DNA of 53,496 bases from Acidimicrobiales bacterium (GTDB lineage Bacteria > Actinomycetota > Acidimicrobiia > Acidimicrobiales > QHCF01). Position numbers and translations under genes: made by a program. The notes beneath the pieces were generated by a model. That model made no database searches, was not told where the DNA came from, and worked only from the letters and a program-made list of their open reading frames with translations. The stretch is taken from NCBI GenBank assembly GCA_036806345.1, contig DAIROT010000004.1, forward strand, positions 1-53,496. The letters run 5' to 3'. Below are positions 34,571 through 42,962 of the stretch, in pieces (position 1 is the stretch's first letter; each line of letters begins with the position of its first letter).

Positions 34571-35184
34571 GCTGACAGCCAGGCGGTCCCGAGATCTGAC
34601 AGCGAAGCAGGTCCAAACTCTGCCAGCGGAGCTGGGCCGAGATAGGGCTCCCAGTCCGGGCGCACCCCACCGATGGCCACCAACAGCCAGATTCGCTGGT
34701 GGGGCTGGGCCGGTGAGCGATGCAGGGTGAAGCCGACCTCATGGAGGAGGCGATCCTCCTTGCGACTGTTGCACGGCCGGCAGGCGGCCACCACATTCTC
34801 CCAGGTGTGAGTACCCCCTCGACTGCGGGGCACCACGTGGTCGATGTTCTCCGCCCCCGCACCGCAGTACTGGCAGCGGTGGCCATCCCGGGCGAAGACG
34901 GCCCGACGGTTGAGGGCCAACCGGGTCTGGTAGGGCACCTTGACGTAGCGGGCCAGGCGTACCACTGACGGTTCGGGAAAGGTCGCCCTCACCGAACGGA
35001 ACACCCCGTCGGTTGCCGCTACCAGTTCGGCCTTGTCATCAAGCACCAGCAACAGGGCCCGCCGAGTGGGTACCACGCACAGTGGTTCGAAGCTGGCGTT
35101 GAGGACCAGCGCCCGGCTCACGGCGGTGGTGGCAGCGGCATGGTCCGACGTTAGCGCGACAGCTTGCGCTGGTCGCGGCACCAT
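34567..35184 (-). CDS. HNH endonuclease-domain protein
   Basis: LVLNASFEPLCVV...RDGHRCQYCG...DHVVPRSRGGTHTWENVVAACRPCNSRK (HNH with a CxxC...CxxC zinc site). The start is uncertain: ATG at 35184 or GTG at 35121. Confidence 0.8.
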   Translation of the reverse strand: MVPRPAQAVALTSDHAAATTAVSRALVLNASFEPLCVVPTRRALLLVLDDKAELVAATDGVFRSVRATFPEPSVVRLARYVKVPYQTRLALNRRAVFARDGHRCQYCGAGAENIDHVVPRSRGGTHTWENVVAACRPCNSRKEDRLLHEVGFTLHRSPAQPHQRIWLLVAIGGVRPDWEPYLGPAPLAEFGPASLSDLGTAWLSA

Positions 35185-35402
35185 TCCAGGTGTCCTACTA
35201 CATCGGCGGGGGACACGGCGATCGGCCTGGCCGAGCCATAGGCCGTTTCCAGGCGAAATTCGAGGTATCTGCCAGAGGGCTTTGGCCACGGAGGCCAGTC
35301 CCGCCACCAGCCCGGCCGGGCCGTCACCCGGGCCTGGTCCATTGCCGTGGCCCACAAATCAGGCCGGCGGACGACCGCCAGCAGGATGCGGGCCGCAACC
35401 AT
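35151..35402 (-). CDS. Small hypothetical protein (Trp/Arg-rich, 83 aa)
   Basis: ORF between the ROK and HNH genes on the same strand: ...LLAVVRRPDLWATAM...RPGWWRDWPPWPKPSGRYLEFRLETAYG...DVVGHLEWCR. It looks protein-like rather than GC-shadow, but I cannot name a family. ATG at 35402 chosen. Confidence 0.4.
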   Translation of the reverse strand: MVAARILLAVVRRPDLWATAMDQARVTARPGWWRDWPPWPKPSGRYLEFRLETAYGSARPIAVSPADVVGHLEWCRDQRKLSR

Positions 35403-35479
35403 GGGCGCCACCAACGACCTCGTTGACGGACCACACCCACTTATGCGGTGTGGCCGCCGTCCCGACCCGATGGGCAGGG

Positions 35480-36382
35480 TCACCACGCGCCCGTAGGCCA
35501 GGCGTCGGCGCCCCCAAGCGCTCGCCAGGCCACTGCGGCCGCCCCCACGAGGGGTCCCTGGCGCCCCAGTCCAGCTGGGACGATAGTGGTCCCCGAGGAG
35601 AAGTCGAGGCAGGCCAGGGCATCCAGTTCGGCCTGGGCGGCGGCGAAGAACGGGTCGCCGAAACCCAATGCCACCGACCCGGCCACCACCGCCAGGTCCA
35701 GATCTAACAGGTTGGCTGTCGATGCCACCGCCCGACCCACCAGTCGTCCGGTCCTGGCCACCACCGCCTGGTCAGCCTCACTGGCTGGACGGCCAGTGAG
35801 GGCGGCGATGGCAGGGCCAGCGGCCTCTGCCTCCAGACAACCCCTCCCGCCACAGGAGCACCGCCGGCCGTCGGGCTCCACTACCACATGGCCGATGTGG
35901 CCGGCATTGCCGGTTCGGCCGTTGAGCAGCCGGCCATCCAGCACGATCCCTGCCCCCACCCCGGTGGAGACGACCATGGCCAGGTAGTCCCGTCTGCCCG
36001 CCGCCGCACCCACCCAGCCTTCACCCAGGGCCAGGGCTTTGGCGTCATTGTCGATGAAGGTCGGCAGCCCGGTGGAGTCCGCCAACCTCGACCTCAGCGG
36101 AAAGGATCTCCATGCGTCGATGTTGAGTGGCGACACCGTGTCGGAGGTCATGGGGCCACCACACCCGACCCCGCAGCCCACCAGCGCCTCGACGGTCTGG
36201 TTGTCCCGCACTTGGTCGACTACCCCCATCAGGGCAGAGAAGACCGCCTCGGCATCGCCGTCATTCGGCGTCGACGCCTGTTCCTCGGCCACTAGCCGAC
36301 CGCGGTCATCCACCAGCCCGGCGGCCAGCTTGGTCCCCCCGACGTCGACGGCGAGGCAAAGGGCCCTGTCCCTCGTAGACAT
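35480..36382 (-). CDS. ROK-family sugar kinase (glucokinase-like)
   Basis: LAVDVGGTKLAAGLVD ATP-binding N-terminus and the GHIGHVVVEPDGRRCSCGGRGCLE ROK zinc motif. Confidence 0.85.
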   Translation of the reverse strand: MSTRDRALCLAVDVGGTKLAAGLVDDRGRLVAEEQASTPNDGDAEAVFSALMGVVDQVRDNQTVEALVGCGVGCGGPMTSDTVSPLNIDAWRSFPLRSRLADSTGLPTFIDNDAKALALGEGWVGAAAGRRDYLAMVVSTGVGAGIVLDGRLLNGRTGNAGHIGHVVVEPDGRRCSCGGRGCLEAEAAGPAIAALTGRPASEADQAVVARTGRLVGRAVASTANLLDLDLAVVAGSVALGFGDPFFAAAQAELDALACLDFSSGTTIVPAGLGRQGPLVGAAAVAWRALGGADAWPTGAW

Positions 36383-36389
36383 GGCCCTT

Positions 36390-36399
36390 ACCGTAGAGT
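36390..36399. promoter_or_regulatory. Overlapping divergent -10 hexamers for leaderless ROK-kinase and moxR transcripts
   Basis: Plus strand: TAGAGT (36394-99), then 6 nt, then GTG 36406. Minus strand: TACGGT (36395-90), then 7 nt, then ATG 36382. Only 23 nt separate the two start codons. Confidence 0.45.
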
Positions 36400-36405
36400 A
36401 AGCCG

Positions 36406-37392
36406 GTGGCCAGACAGCAACGACCGGTGGCTCGGCGCGACATCGACTTCGCCAAGCTGTTCGAGTCGATCGTCGAGAACATCGAGCAGGCCATCCAGGG
36501 CCAGGATGATGCCATCCGCCTGTCCCTGATCTGCCTGGTGGCCCAGGGCCACCTCCTCATCGAAGACGTTCCGGGGGTCGGCAAGACCAGCCTGGCCAAG
36601 GCCATCGCCGCCTCGCTGGAGTGCCGGTGCCAGCGAATCCAGTTCACTCCTGACCTGCTGCCCTCAGATGTGACGGGGGTGAACGTATACAGCCGGGCCA
36701 AAGAGTGCTTCGAGTTTCGCCCGGGAGGCCTGTTCGCCAACGTCGTCCTGGGTGACGAGATCAACCGGGCGTCCCCCAAGACCCAGTCCGCCCTACTGGA
36801 GGCCATGGAGGAAGGTCAGGTGACAGTGGACACCATCACTTACGCCCTGCCGTCGCCCTTCATCGTCATTGCCACTCAGAACCCAATCGAGCATCAGGGC
36901 ACCTATCCACTGCCCGAGAGTCAGCTGGACCGCTTCTTGATGCGTATCCACATGGGCTACCCAGCCCGTCGGGCCGAGTTGGCCATGCTCGACACCCAGG
37001 CCAGCGGCAATGTGGTCGACACCCTGGAACCGGTGGCCGGGCCGGCCGATGTGGCCACCATGGTCGAGGTGGCCCGCTGCGTCTTTGTGGCCCCGGCCAT
37101 CAAGGGCTACATCATCGACCTGGCCGAGACGACCAGGTCCCATGCCGCGCTGGCCCTGGGCATGTCACCGCGTGGGGTGCTGGCTCTTCAGCGGTCGGCT
37201 CGGGCCAGAGCGGCCGCTGAGGGCCGTGCCTACCTGATCCCTGACGACGTCAAGGTCGTGGCCGGCCCGGTGCTCGAGCACCGCCTCATCCTCACCTCGG
37301 GTGCTCAGTTGAGCGGGATCGACACCGTAGGAGTCGTCGACGAGGTGCTGGCCAGGGTACCGGTGCCCACCGGCACGCTGGCCCCCAGGTAG
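36406..37392 (+). CDS. moxR: MoxR-family AAA+ ATPase
   Basis: GHLLIEDVPGVGKT Walker A, VVLGDEINRASPKTQSALLEAMEE Walker B/sensor region, ATQNP. Confidence 0.92.
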   Translation: MARQQRPVARRDIDFAKLFESIVENIEQAIQGQDDAIRLSLICLVAQGHLLIEDVPGVGKTSLAKAIAASLECRCQRIQFTPDLLPSDVTGVNVYSRAKECFEFRPGGLFANVVLGDEINRASPKTQSALLEAMEEGQVTVDTITYALPSPFIVIATQNPIEHQGTYPLPESQLDRFLMRIHMGYPARRAELAMLDTQASGNVVDTLEPVAGPADVATMVEVARCVFVAPAIKGYIIDLAETTRSHAALALGMSPRGVLALQRSARARAAAEGRAYLIPDDVKVVAGPVLEHRLILTSGAQLSGIDTVGVVDEVLARVPVPTGTLAPR

Positions 37393-37398
37393 GCGCGC

Positions 37399-38640
37399 TT
37401 GCCAACCAAGCGCGGTTGGATGCTGGCCGGCTCCTCGGTGGTCCTGGCCCTGATCGGCCGGCTCCTCGGATTGGTCGAGCTGTATGTGCTGGCCACCGCA
37501 GCCGCGGTGCTGGTGATGGTGGCCGCGGTGTGGGTACGTCGGGGCCGTTGCCAGATGGTCGGCACCCGTTCCCTGCACCCGCCACGAGTGCATGCCGGTC
37601 AGCCATGCCGGGTCGAGTTGACGGTGCGCAACCCGTCCGGGCGCCGTTCTCCACTCATGTGGGCCCGTGACCCATTCGATGGTGGCCGCCGATCGGCCCG
37701 TTTCCTGTTGGCCCCGCTCGATCCGGCTGAGGTAGCCAGGGCGGCCTACCGTCTACCCTCGGAGCGCCGGGGCATCTTCACCCTTGGGCCCCTGCAACTC
37801 GAACGCAGAGACCCGTTTGGACTGGCGACCTCCTCCGCCACCGCCGCCGCCCCGACCCGATTCACCGTCTACCCCCAGGTCGACCCGATCACCTGTCCGC
37901 CTCCGGCTCGCGGCGGCCACCAAAGCGGTGCTGGTGACCCCCGTTCCTTTCTCGGCCAGCGCGGCGAGGACTTCTACACCCTTCGTTCCTACGACGAGGG
38001 CGACGACCTGCGCCGGGTGCACTGGCCGGCCACCGCTCGATCCGGCGACCTCCTGATTCGCCAGGAGGAGGCCCTCTGGCAGGGCGGCGTCACAGTGGCC
38101 GTCGACCTACGGCGAACGGTCCAGAGCCCCTCATCACTGGAGCGGGCACTGTCGGCCGCCGCCAGCGTGGTCAGCGCGGCGTCGTTACAGGGTTCTCCCG
38201 TTCGCCTGGTCACCAGCGCTGGGGTCGACTCGGGTACCAGGTCCGGGCCAGGACATCTGGACACCATGTTGACCAGGCTGGCCGAGGCAGCCATCACCCA
38301 GTCAGGCGACCTGGCTCGCACCGTCACCATGCTGGCGGACCAGAGGACCGGGGGATCCCTGGTCGTGGTCACCACCACCTCCGCATCCAGGACCGACCTG
38401 GGGGAGGTGGCCCAGTTGCGGCGGTGGTTCGGACCGATCATCCTGGTGCTCCTCGAAGCGGACGGGGCATCCGGGAAGCGGCTCCCAGAGGCCGCCGGGC
38501 CCGTTCCCGGCGATCTCACGACCGTTCGGGTGAGCACCAAGGTGCCCTTTGCGGTGACCTGGGCTCAGACCGTGAGTCGAAATACCCGCTCAGACCCCCG
38601 GCCTGTCAGGGCCCGGGGCTCGGCCGGGGCCCAGCGGTGA
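37399..38640 (+). CDS. DUF58-domain protein (vWA-like partner of MoxR)
   Basis: ...LRSYDEGDDLRRVHWPATARSGDLLIRQEE... DUF58 signature with N-terminal TM helices. Starts 7 nt after the moxR stop. Confidence 0.85.
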   Translation: MPTKRGWMLAGSSVVLALIGRLLGLVELYVLATAAAVLVMVAAVWVRRGRCQMVGTRSLHPPRVHAGQPCRVELTVRNPSGRRSPLMWARDPFDGGRRSARFLLAPLDPAEVARAAYRLPSERRGIFTLGPLQLERRDPFGLATSSATAAAPTRFTVYPQVDPITCPPPARGGHQSGAGDPRSFLGQRGEDFYTLRSYDEGDDLRRVHWPATARSGDLLIRQEEALWQGGVTVAVDLRRTVQSPSSLERALSAAASVVSAASLQGSPVRLVTSAGVDSGTRSGPGHLDTMLTRLAEAAITQSGDLARTVTMLADQRTGGSLVVVTTTSASRTDLGEVAQLRRWFGPIILVLLEADGASGKRLPEAAGPVPGDLTTVRVSTKVPFAVTWAQTVSRNTRSDPRPVRARGSAGAQR

Positions 38641-38673
38641 GGGCGGAGCATCGTTGCCCCTGCGGAGCAGTGT
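38641..38673 (+). repeat. Intergenic repeat, third locus: 20-nt perfect match to the 3' part of the element (38654-38673), preceded by a 12-nt half copy
   Basis: ttgcccctgcggagcagtgt equals the last 20 nt of the element in gene orientation. Upstream, gcggagcatcgt resembles gcggagcagtgt (10 of 12). It lies between the DUF58 gene and the transglutaminase gene. Confidence 0.85.
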
Positions 38674-40924
38674 TGTGAGGCGGGCCGCGCTGCCGGCCGC
38701 CAGCCTGGCGGTGGTAACGCTGACGGCGGCCGCCGGGATGGGTCGGCTGTTCGCCGGGCTGGCATTCCTCCTGCCCGTGGTGGTCGCCGTCCTCGTCGGC
38801 CATGGGCTGGCCTTTGCCGGGAGGCGCCTGGGCCTGGGCACCACCGCCACCTTCGGCCTGTGCGCACTGGGTGTCACCATGGCGGTGGTTTGGCTGATCT
38901 TGCCCAGCAGCACGGTCGACGGGATCCCCTGGTCAGGTACCGTCCATGCCTTCAGCTCGGCCATCTCCCACGCTCGGATGGATTTTGCCCAGCTGACCGC
39001 TCCCGCCCCCGCCACCAAGGGATTCCTGCTGATTGCCATGTACAGCGTGGGCATGGCCGCGGCCTTGGCCGACTGGGCCGCCTTTCGCACGGGAGGCACT
39101 CTCGAGGCACTCATCCCCTCGTTCACCATCGTGCTGTTCACCGCCGCCCTGGGCCGCTCGGCCGGGCGAGCTCTGGCCATAGCTGGTTACGTGGCTGGCG
39201 TGCTGGTCTTCGTGGTGGTCCACGAAGCCGACAAGGCCGCAGCCACCACTGCGTGGTTTGCCAGTCGGACCAGGTCGGGAGCGGCCACGTTGGCTGGCGG
39301 CGGCCTGGTCCTGGGAGCCACCGCCGTGGTGGCCGCCAGTCTGATCGGCCCCCATCTTCCCGGCGCGGGCGCCGCTCCGGTTGTCAGTCTGCATCACGAC
39401 AATCGGATCCAGCCCAGCCCGCGCATCACCGTCAATCCCCTGGTGGACATCAGGGACCGTCTGGTTCGCCAGTCCAACGTCGAGGTGCTCACGGTCGGGG
39501 CAGCCCGGCCGGCCTACTGGCGGCTCACATCCCTCGACTCCTTCGACGGCAACGTGTGGTCGTCCAGTGACGCCTACCAGTCGGTTACCGGGAGTGCCCT
39601 CCCCGCCGTGCCGACAGGCGCCCCCACCAATCCGGTGGTCCAGAATTTTCACATCTCGAACCTGGACAGCGCATGGTTGCCGGCTGCTTACCAGCCCATT
39701 CAGCTCACCGGCGGCAAGGGAACCAGCTACGACTCCGCATCGGGCAGCGTCATCGGCGCCTCCGCCACCTCCGACGGCCTGAGCTACCAGGTGACGTCAA
39801 GGGTGCCCCAGCTGACCCCCGCGGTCCTGGGCGCCCAGGGAACTGGATCACCGAGCTTCGACTCCGGTCGCTTCCTGGCCCTTCCCTCTGAGGTCCCGAC
39901 TGTGATCGCCAACCTGGCCCGGAGCGCAGTGGCCGGCCAGACGACCGCCTACGGCAAGGCCCTTGCCCTGCAGCGCTTCTTTCGTGGTGGGAACTTCAAG
40001 TACAGCACCGACGTACCACCCGGTCACAGTGACAGCGCGCTGGTCAGCTTCCTCACCCAGACGAGGACGGGCTACTGCGAGCAGTTCGCCGGCGCCTATG
40101 CGGTCATGGCCCGGCTGGTGGGCTTGCCGTCCCGCGTGGCGGTTGGCTTCACACCCGGCGCCCTGGCGGCTGGCGGCCAGTATCACGTGCTGGGTTCAGA
40201 CGCCCATGCCTGGCCCGAGGTGCATATCGGTGGCGCTGGCTGGGTCTCGTTCGAGCCCACGCCTGGCCGGGGCCAACCCGGCACCCAGGCCTACACCGGG
40301 CTCCCACCGGCCCAGGCGGCCACGGCCCCGGCGGCCCCTGCGACCACGGTGGCCAGCCCGGTAGGTCCTGCAGCTGGTACGGCACCGTCATCGCCCCGGG
40401 CCAACCCGGCGACTCATCACCCGCCCATCCGCCATGCCGCCGTTCCCCCTGGCCACCTGGTGGGCCGGCTGCTCAGCGCCCTCGGATGGGTGCTCTTGGT
40501 GGTGTTGGTGGCCGCCGCCATCCCGATGACCAAGCGCCTGAGACGCTGGCACCGCCGGCGTAATGTGGTCAGCGGAGCCGAGCGAGTCCTGGTGGCGTGG
40601 AATGAGGCGGCCGAGGCCCTGACGCTGGCCGGGGCGCCTCGCCGGTCGACCGAGACCTTCGAAGAGCATGCCGTCCGGGCCTCAGCGGTGGGGCGCCTGG
40701 GCTCCGAGCCGTCCCGATCCCTGGTCCTGCTGGCCAGGAGTGCGGGAGCAGCCAGCTATGCCCGTGACATGATGCCAGCTGCTCTGGTCGAGCTCTCGGT
40801 GACCGCTGCCGCTGACGTCGAGAATGCTCTGTGGTCGGCCGCTTCGGTGAGCCAGCGAGTCCGCTGGACACTCAGCGCCCGGCCACTCATAGGTAAGCAC
40901 CTCACGGGTAAGCGGAGGGACTAA
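38654..40924 (+). CDS. Transglutaminase-domain membrane protein (TgpA-like)
   Basis: Polytopic N-terminal region, then the transglutaminase core GYCEQFAG...DAHAWPEV...GWVSFEPTP, then a C-terminal TM. The GTG at 38675, 7 nt after GGAG, is a likely alternative to the TTG at 38654. Confidence 0.85.
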   Translation: MPLRSSVVRRAALPAASLAVVTLTAAAGMGRLFAGLAFLLPVVVAVLVGHGLAFAGRRLGLGTTATFGLCALGVTMAVVWLILPSSTVDGIPWSGTVHAFSSAISHARMDFAQLTAPAPATKGFLLIAMYSVGMAAALADWAAFRTGGTLEALIPSFTIVLFTAALGRSAGRALAIAGYVAGVLVFVVVHEADKAAATTAWFASRTRSGAATLAGGGLVLGATAVVAASLIGPHLPGAGAAPVVSLHHDNRIQPSPRITVNPLVDIRDRLVRQSNVEVLTVGAARPAYWRLTSLDSFDGNVWSSSDAYQSVTGSALPAVPTGAPTNPVVQNFHISNLDSAWLPAAYQPIQLTGGKGTSYDSASGSVIGASATSDGLSYQVTSRVPQLTPAVLGAQGTGSPSFDSGRFLALPSEVPTVIANLARSAVAGQTTAYGKALALQRFFRGGNFKYSTDVPPGHSDSALVSFLTQTRTGYCEQFAGAYAVMARLVGLPSRVAVGFTPGALAAGGQYHVLGSDAHAWPEVHIGGAGWVSFEPTPGRGQPGTQAYTGLPPAQAATAPAAPATTVASPVGPAAGTAPSSPRANPATHHPPIRHAAVPPGHLVGRLLSALGWVLLVVLVAAAIPMTKRLRRWHRRRNVVSGAERVLVAWNEAAEALTLAGAPRRSTETFEEHAVRASAVGRLGSEPSRSLVLLARSAGAASYARDMMPAALVELSVTAAADVENALWSAASVSQRVRWTLSARPLIGKHLTGKRRD

Positions 40925-41295
40925 TCCTCGCGCTTGAAGCGCTCCCGCAACCGTTCCCCCGTTTGGCCGAGGGAGTCGAGCAGGCCGCGATCTTTCACTG
41001 ACCGGCTCACGTCGTGCCAGCCCGCTCGACCCACGTGGCGAAGGTTGCGCTCGAAGAGCAAGGCCGAGCCGAGCATGACGGCGAAGCCGACGATCCCGAG
41101 GGCCAGCGACCGCGAGAAGGTGGCTACCAGCAAGATCAGGCCGACGACGAAGCCCAGCGCTGCCCACTTGAGATTGCGCCAGGCGTGGCGGTAGATGGTC
41201 TCGTTACGAACCTTGTCGGCAAAGGCGGGGTCTTGCTCGTAGAAGTTGCGCTCGATCTCGTGGAGAATCCGTTGTTCTTCCTCGGAAAGCGGCAC
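40921..41295 (-). CDS. DUF3040-family membrane protein
   Basis: MPLSEEEQRILHEIERNFYEQDPAFA N-terminus followed by two TM helices, the usual DUF3040 layout in Actinobacteria. Confidence 0.8.
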   Translation of the reverse strand: MPLSEEEQRILHEIERNFYEQDPAFADKVRNETIYRHAWRNLKWAALGFVVGLILLVATFSRSLALGIVGFAVMLGSALLFERNLRHVGRAGWHDVSRSVKDRGLLDSLGQTGERLRERFKRED

Positions 41296-41391
41296 AACCT
41301 CCCCCTTTGAGCTCTGAGCCCCGGTTCTGACCGAGGCAGTGCCTCATCTTCGCGCATGTGGAAGCGCCCCACAACGCGCTGAGCCGGCTAC

Positions 41392-42705
41392 TTACCTGGC
41401 TGGGCCCCACTGGGTATCGCCTCGGCGTTTGACCTCGATACCGTCGGAGCCGACCAGGCTGGCCGGCGCCACTGCATCGGTTCCGAACCGGGCCCGCACG
41501 GCATCCACCGCTGTAGATGCGTCATTCCAGTCCGAGGGGGACGGGTTCGGAGGGGGGTGGCCTGGCCCCCGGTGTCGTCCGGGGCCGGCCTCTCCCAGAT
41601 CGTCCAGGCTGAGCTGTCGAGGCAGTGCCGGACCAGCCGTTACCAGGTACGACACGCTCACCCCCAGCAGCCTTACTCCCACGCTGACATCGATGGGGTC
41701 CAGGAGTGCCCAGCCGATCTGAGTGATGTCTCTCGCGGTGTCGATCGGCGCGGCCAAGGTACGTGACCGGGTGATGGTCGAGAAGTCGGCGAAGCGAACC
41801 TTGAGGGTCACTGTTCGCCCGCCCAGACCAGCGTCTCGAAGTCGCGAGGCCACGGCGTCGCCCATCCGAACCACCTGGCGGCGCAGGGAGTCGTGCTGGT
41901 GATCATCCACGGCGTAGGTCTCCTCGTGCCCCACGGACTTCATTGCTCGATCCGGGACCACCGGGCGCTGATCGCGGCCATGGGACAGGTCGTACAGGGA
42001 CCGGCCATGGGCCAGTCCCAGAGCCGATACCAGGCTGGCCATCGGCAGGGCGGCCAGATGGCCAACGGTTACCACCCCCAATCTGGCCAGTCGCTCAGCG
42101 GTGGCTGGTCCCACGCCCCAGATGGCCGTTACCGGTAGCGGCTGCAGGAAGGCCTGCTCGGTGTCGGCCTCGACCACGACCACTCCCGGTCCAGGTAGGG
42201 TTCCTGCCCTGGTGGCGGTGGGTTTGGCCATGCGGGACGCCAGCTTGGCGATCAGCTTGCTGCGAGCCACTCCCACCGAGCAAGCAAGGCCCAGCTCCTG
42301 GTCCACGACGGTCCGAATTCGCTTGGCAATCTCCACGGTGGAACCGAACAGCCGGTGGACTCCCGACACATCGAGGAAGGCCTCGTCCAGGGCGATGCCC
42401 TCGACCAGTGGGGTGAAGGAATTGAGTATCCGGTGCAGTTGCTGGCTGACCTCGCTATAGGCGTCATAGTGCCCGGCAAGGAACACGGCATCCGGGCAGA
42501 GCCGCCGGGCACGCGTCGATGACATGGCCGAGCGCACTCCCCAGGCCCGGGCCTCATAGGAGCAGCTGGCAACCACGCCCCGGGGCCCGGCGCCCCCTAC
42601 TATGACCGGGCGGCCGGCCAGACTGGGGTTGGCCCGTACCTCCACGGCCGCATAGAAGGCGTCCATGTCCACATGGAGCACTTCGAGGCCCTGGCCATTC
42701 GCCAT
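41392..42705 (-). CDS. dinB: DNA polymerase IV (Y-family)
   Basis: LHVDMDAFYAAVE...PVIVGG...SYEAR...IEGIALDEAFLDV motifs. Confidence 0.92.
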   Translation of the reverse strand: MANGQGLEVLHVDMDAFYAAVEVRANPSLAGRPVIVGGAGPRGVVASCSYEARAWGVRSAMSSTRARRLCPDAVFLAGHYDAYSEVSQQLHRILNSFTPLVEGIALDEAFLDVSGVHRLFGSTVEIAKRIRTVVDQELGLACSVGVARSKLIAKLASRMAKPTATRAGTLPGPGVVVVEADTEQAFLQPLPVTAIWGVGPATAERLARLGVVTVGHLAALPMASLVSALGLAHGRSLYDLSHGRDQRPVVPDRAMKSVGHEETYAVDDHQHDSLRRQVVRMGDAVASRLRDAGLGGRTVTLKVRFADFSTITRSRTLAAPIDTARDITQIGWALLDPIDVSVGVRLLGVSVSYLVTAGPALPRQLSLDDLGEAGPGRHRGPGHPPPNPSPSDWNDASTAVDAVRARFGTDAVAPASLVGSDGIEVKRRGDTQWGPAR

Positions 42706-42962
42706 TGGCCACAGTCTACGGTCGGCTGTTGCGGAGCTTCGCCTACTTCCCGGCCAGGTCGTAGTCGTCGTCGGTGAGCAACGGTTCGCGTGGAGGCACC
42801 CCTGGCGACCCAGTCATGGGGTCACCTGGAGAGCCGGCAACCATGAATCTGTCCATCCCGCGAGCGAGCTGCCTGACTGTGCGGTGGGCCCAGATCCACA
42901 CCGGCCAGCGGCGAACACGGGACACGCTTCCTCGTGATCGGTTCTGAGTGCAGGATTGACCA

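Noticed and set aside
42706-42962. SOS (LexA) box upstream of dinB
   Set aside because: I looked for the actinobacterial GAAC-N4-GTTC type palindrome in the 257-nt divergent spacer and did not find one. Only a loose AACGGTTC is present, with no spacing match.
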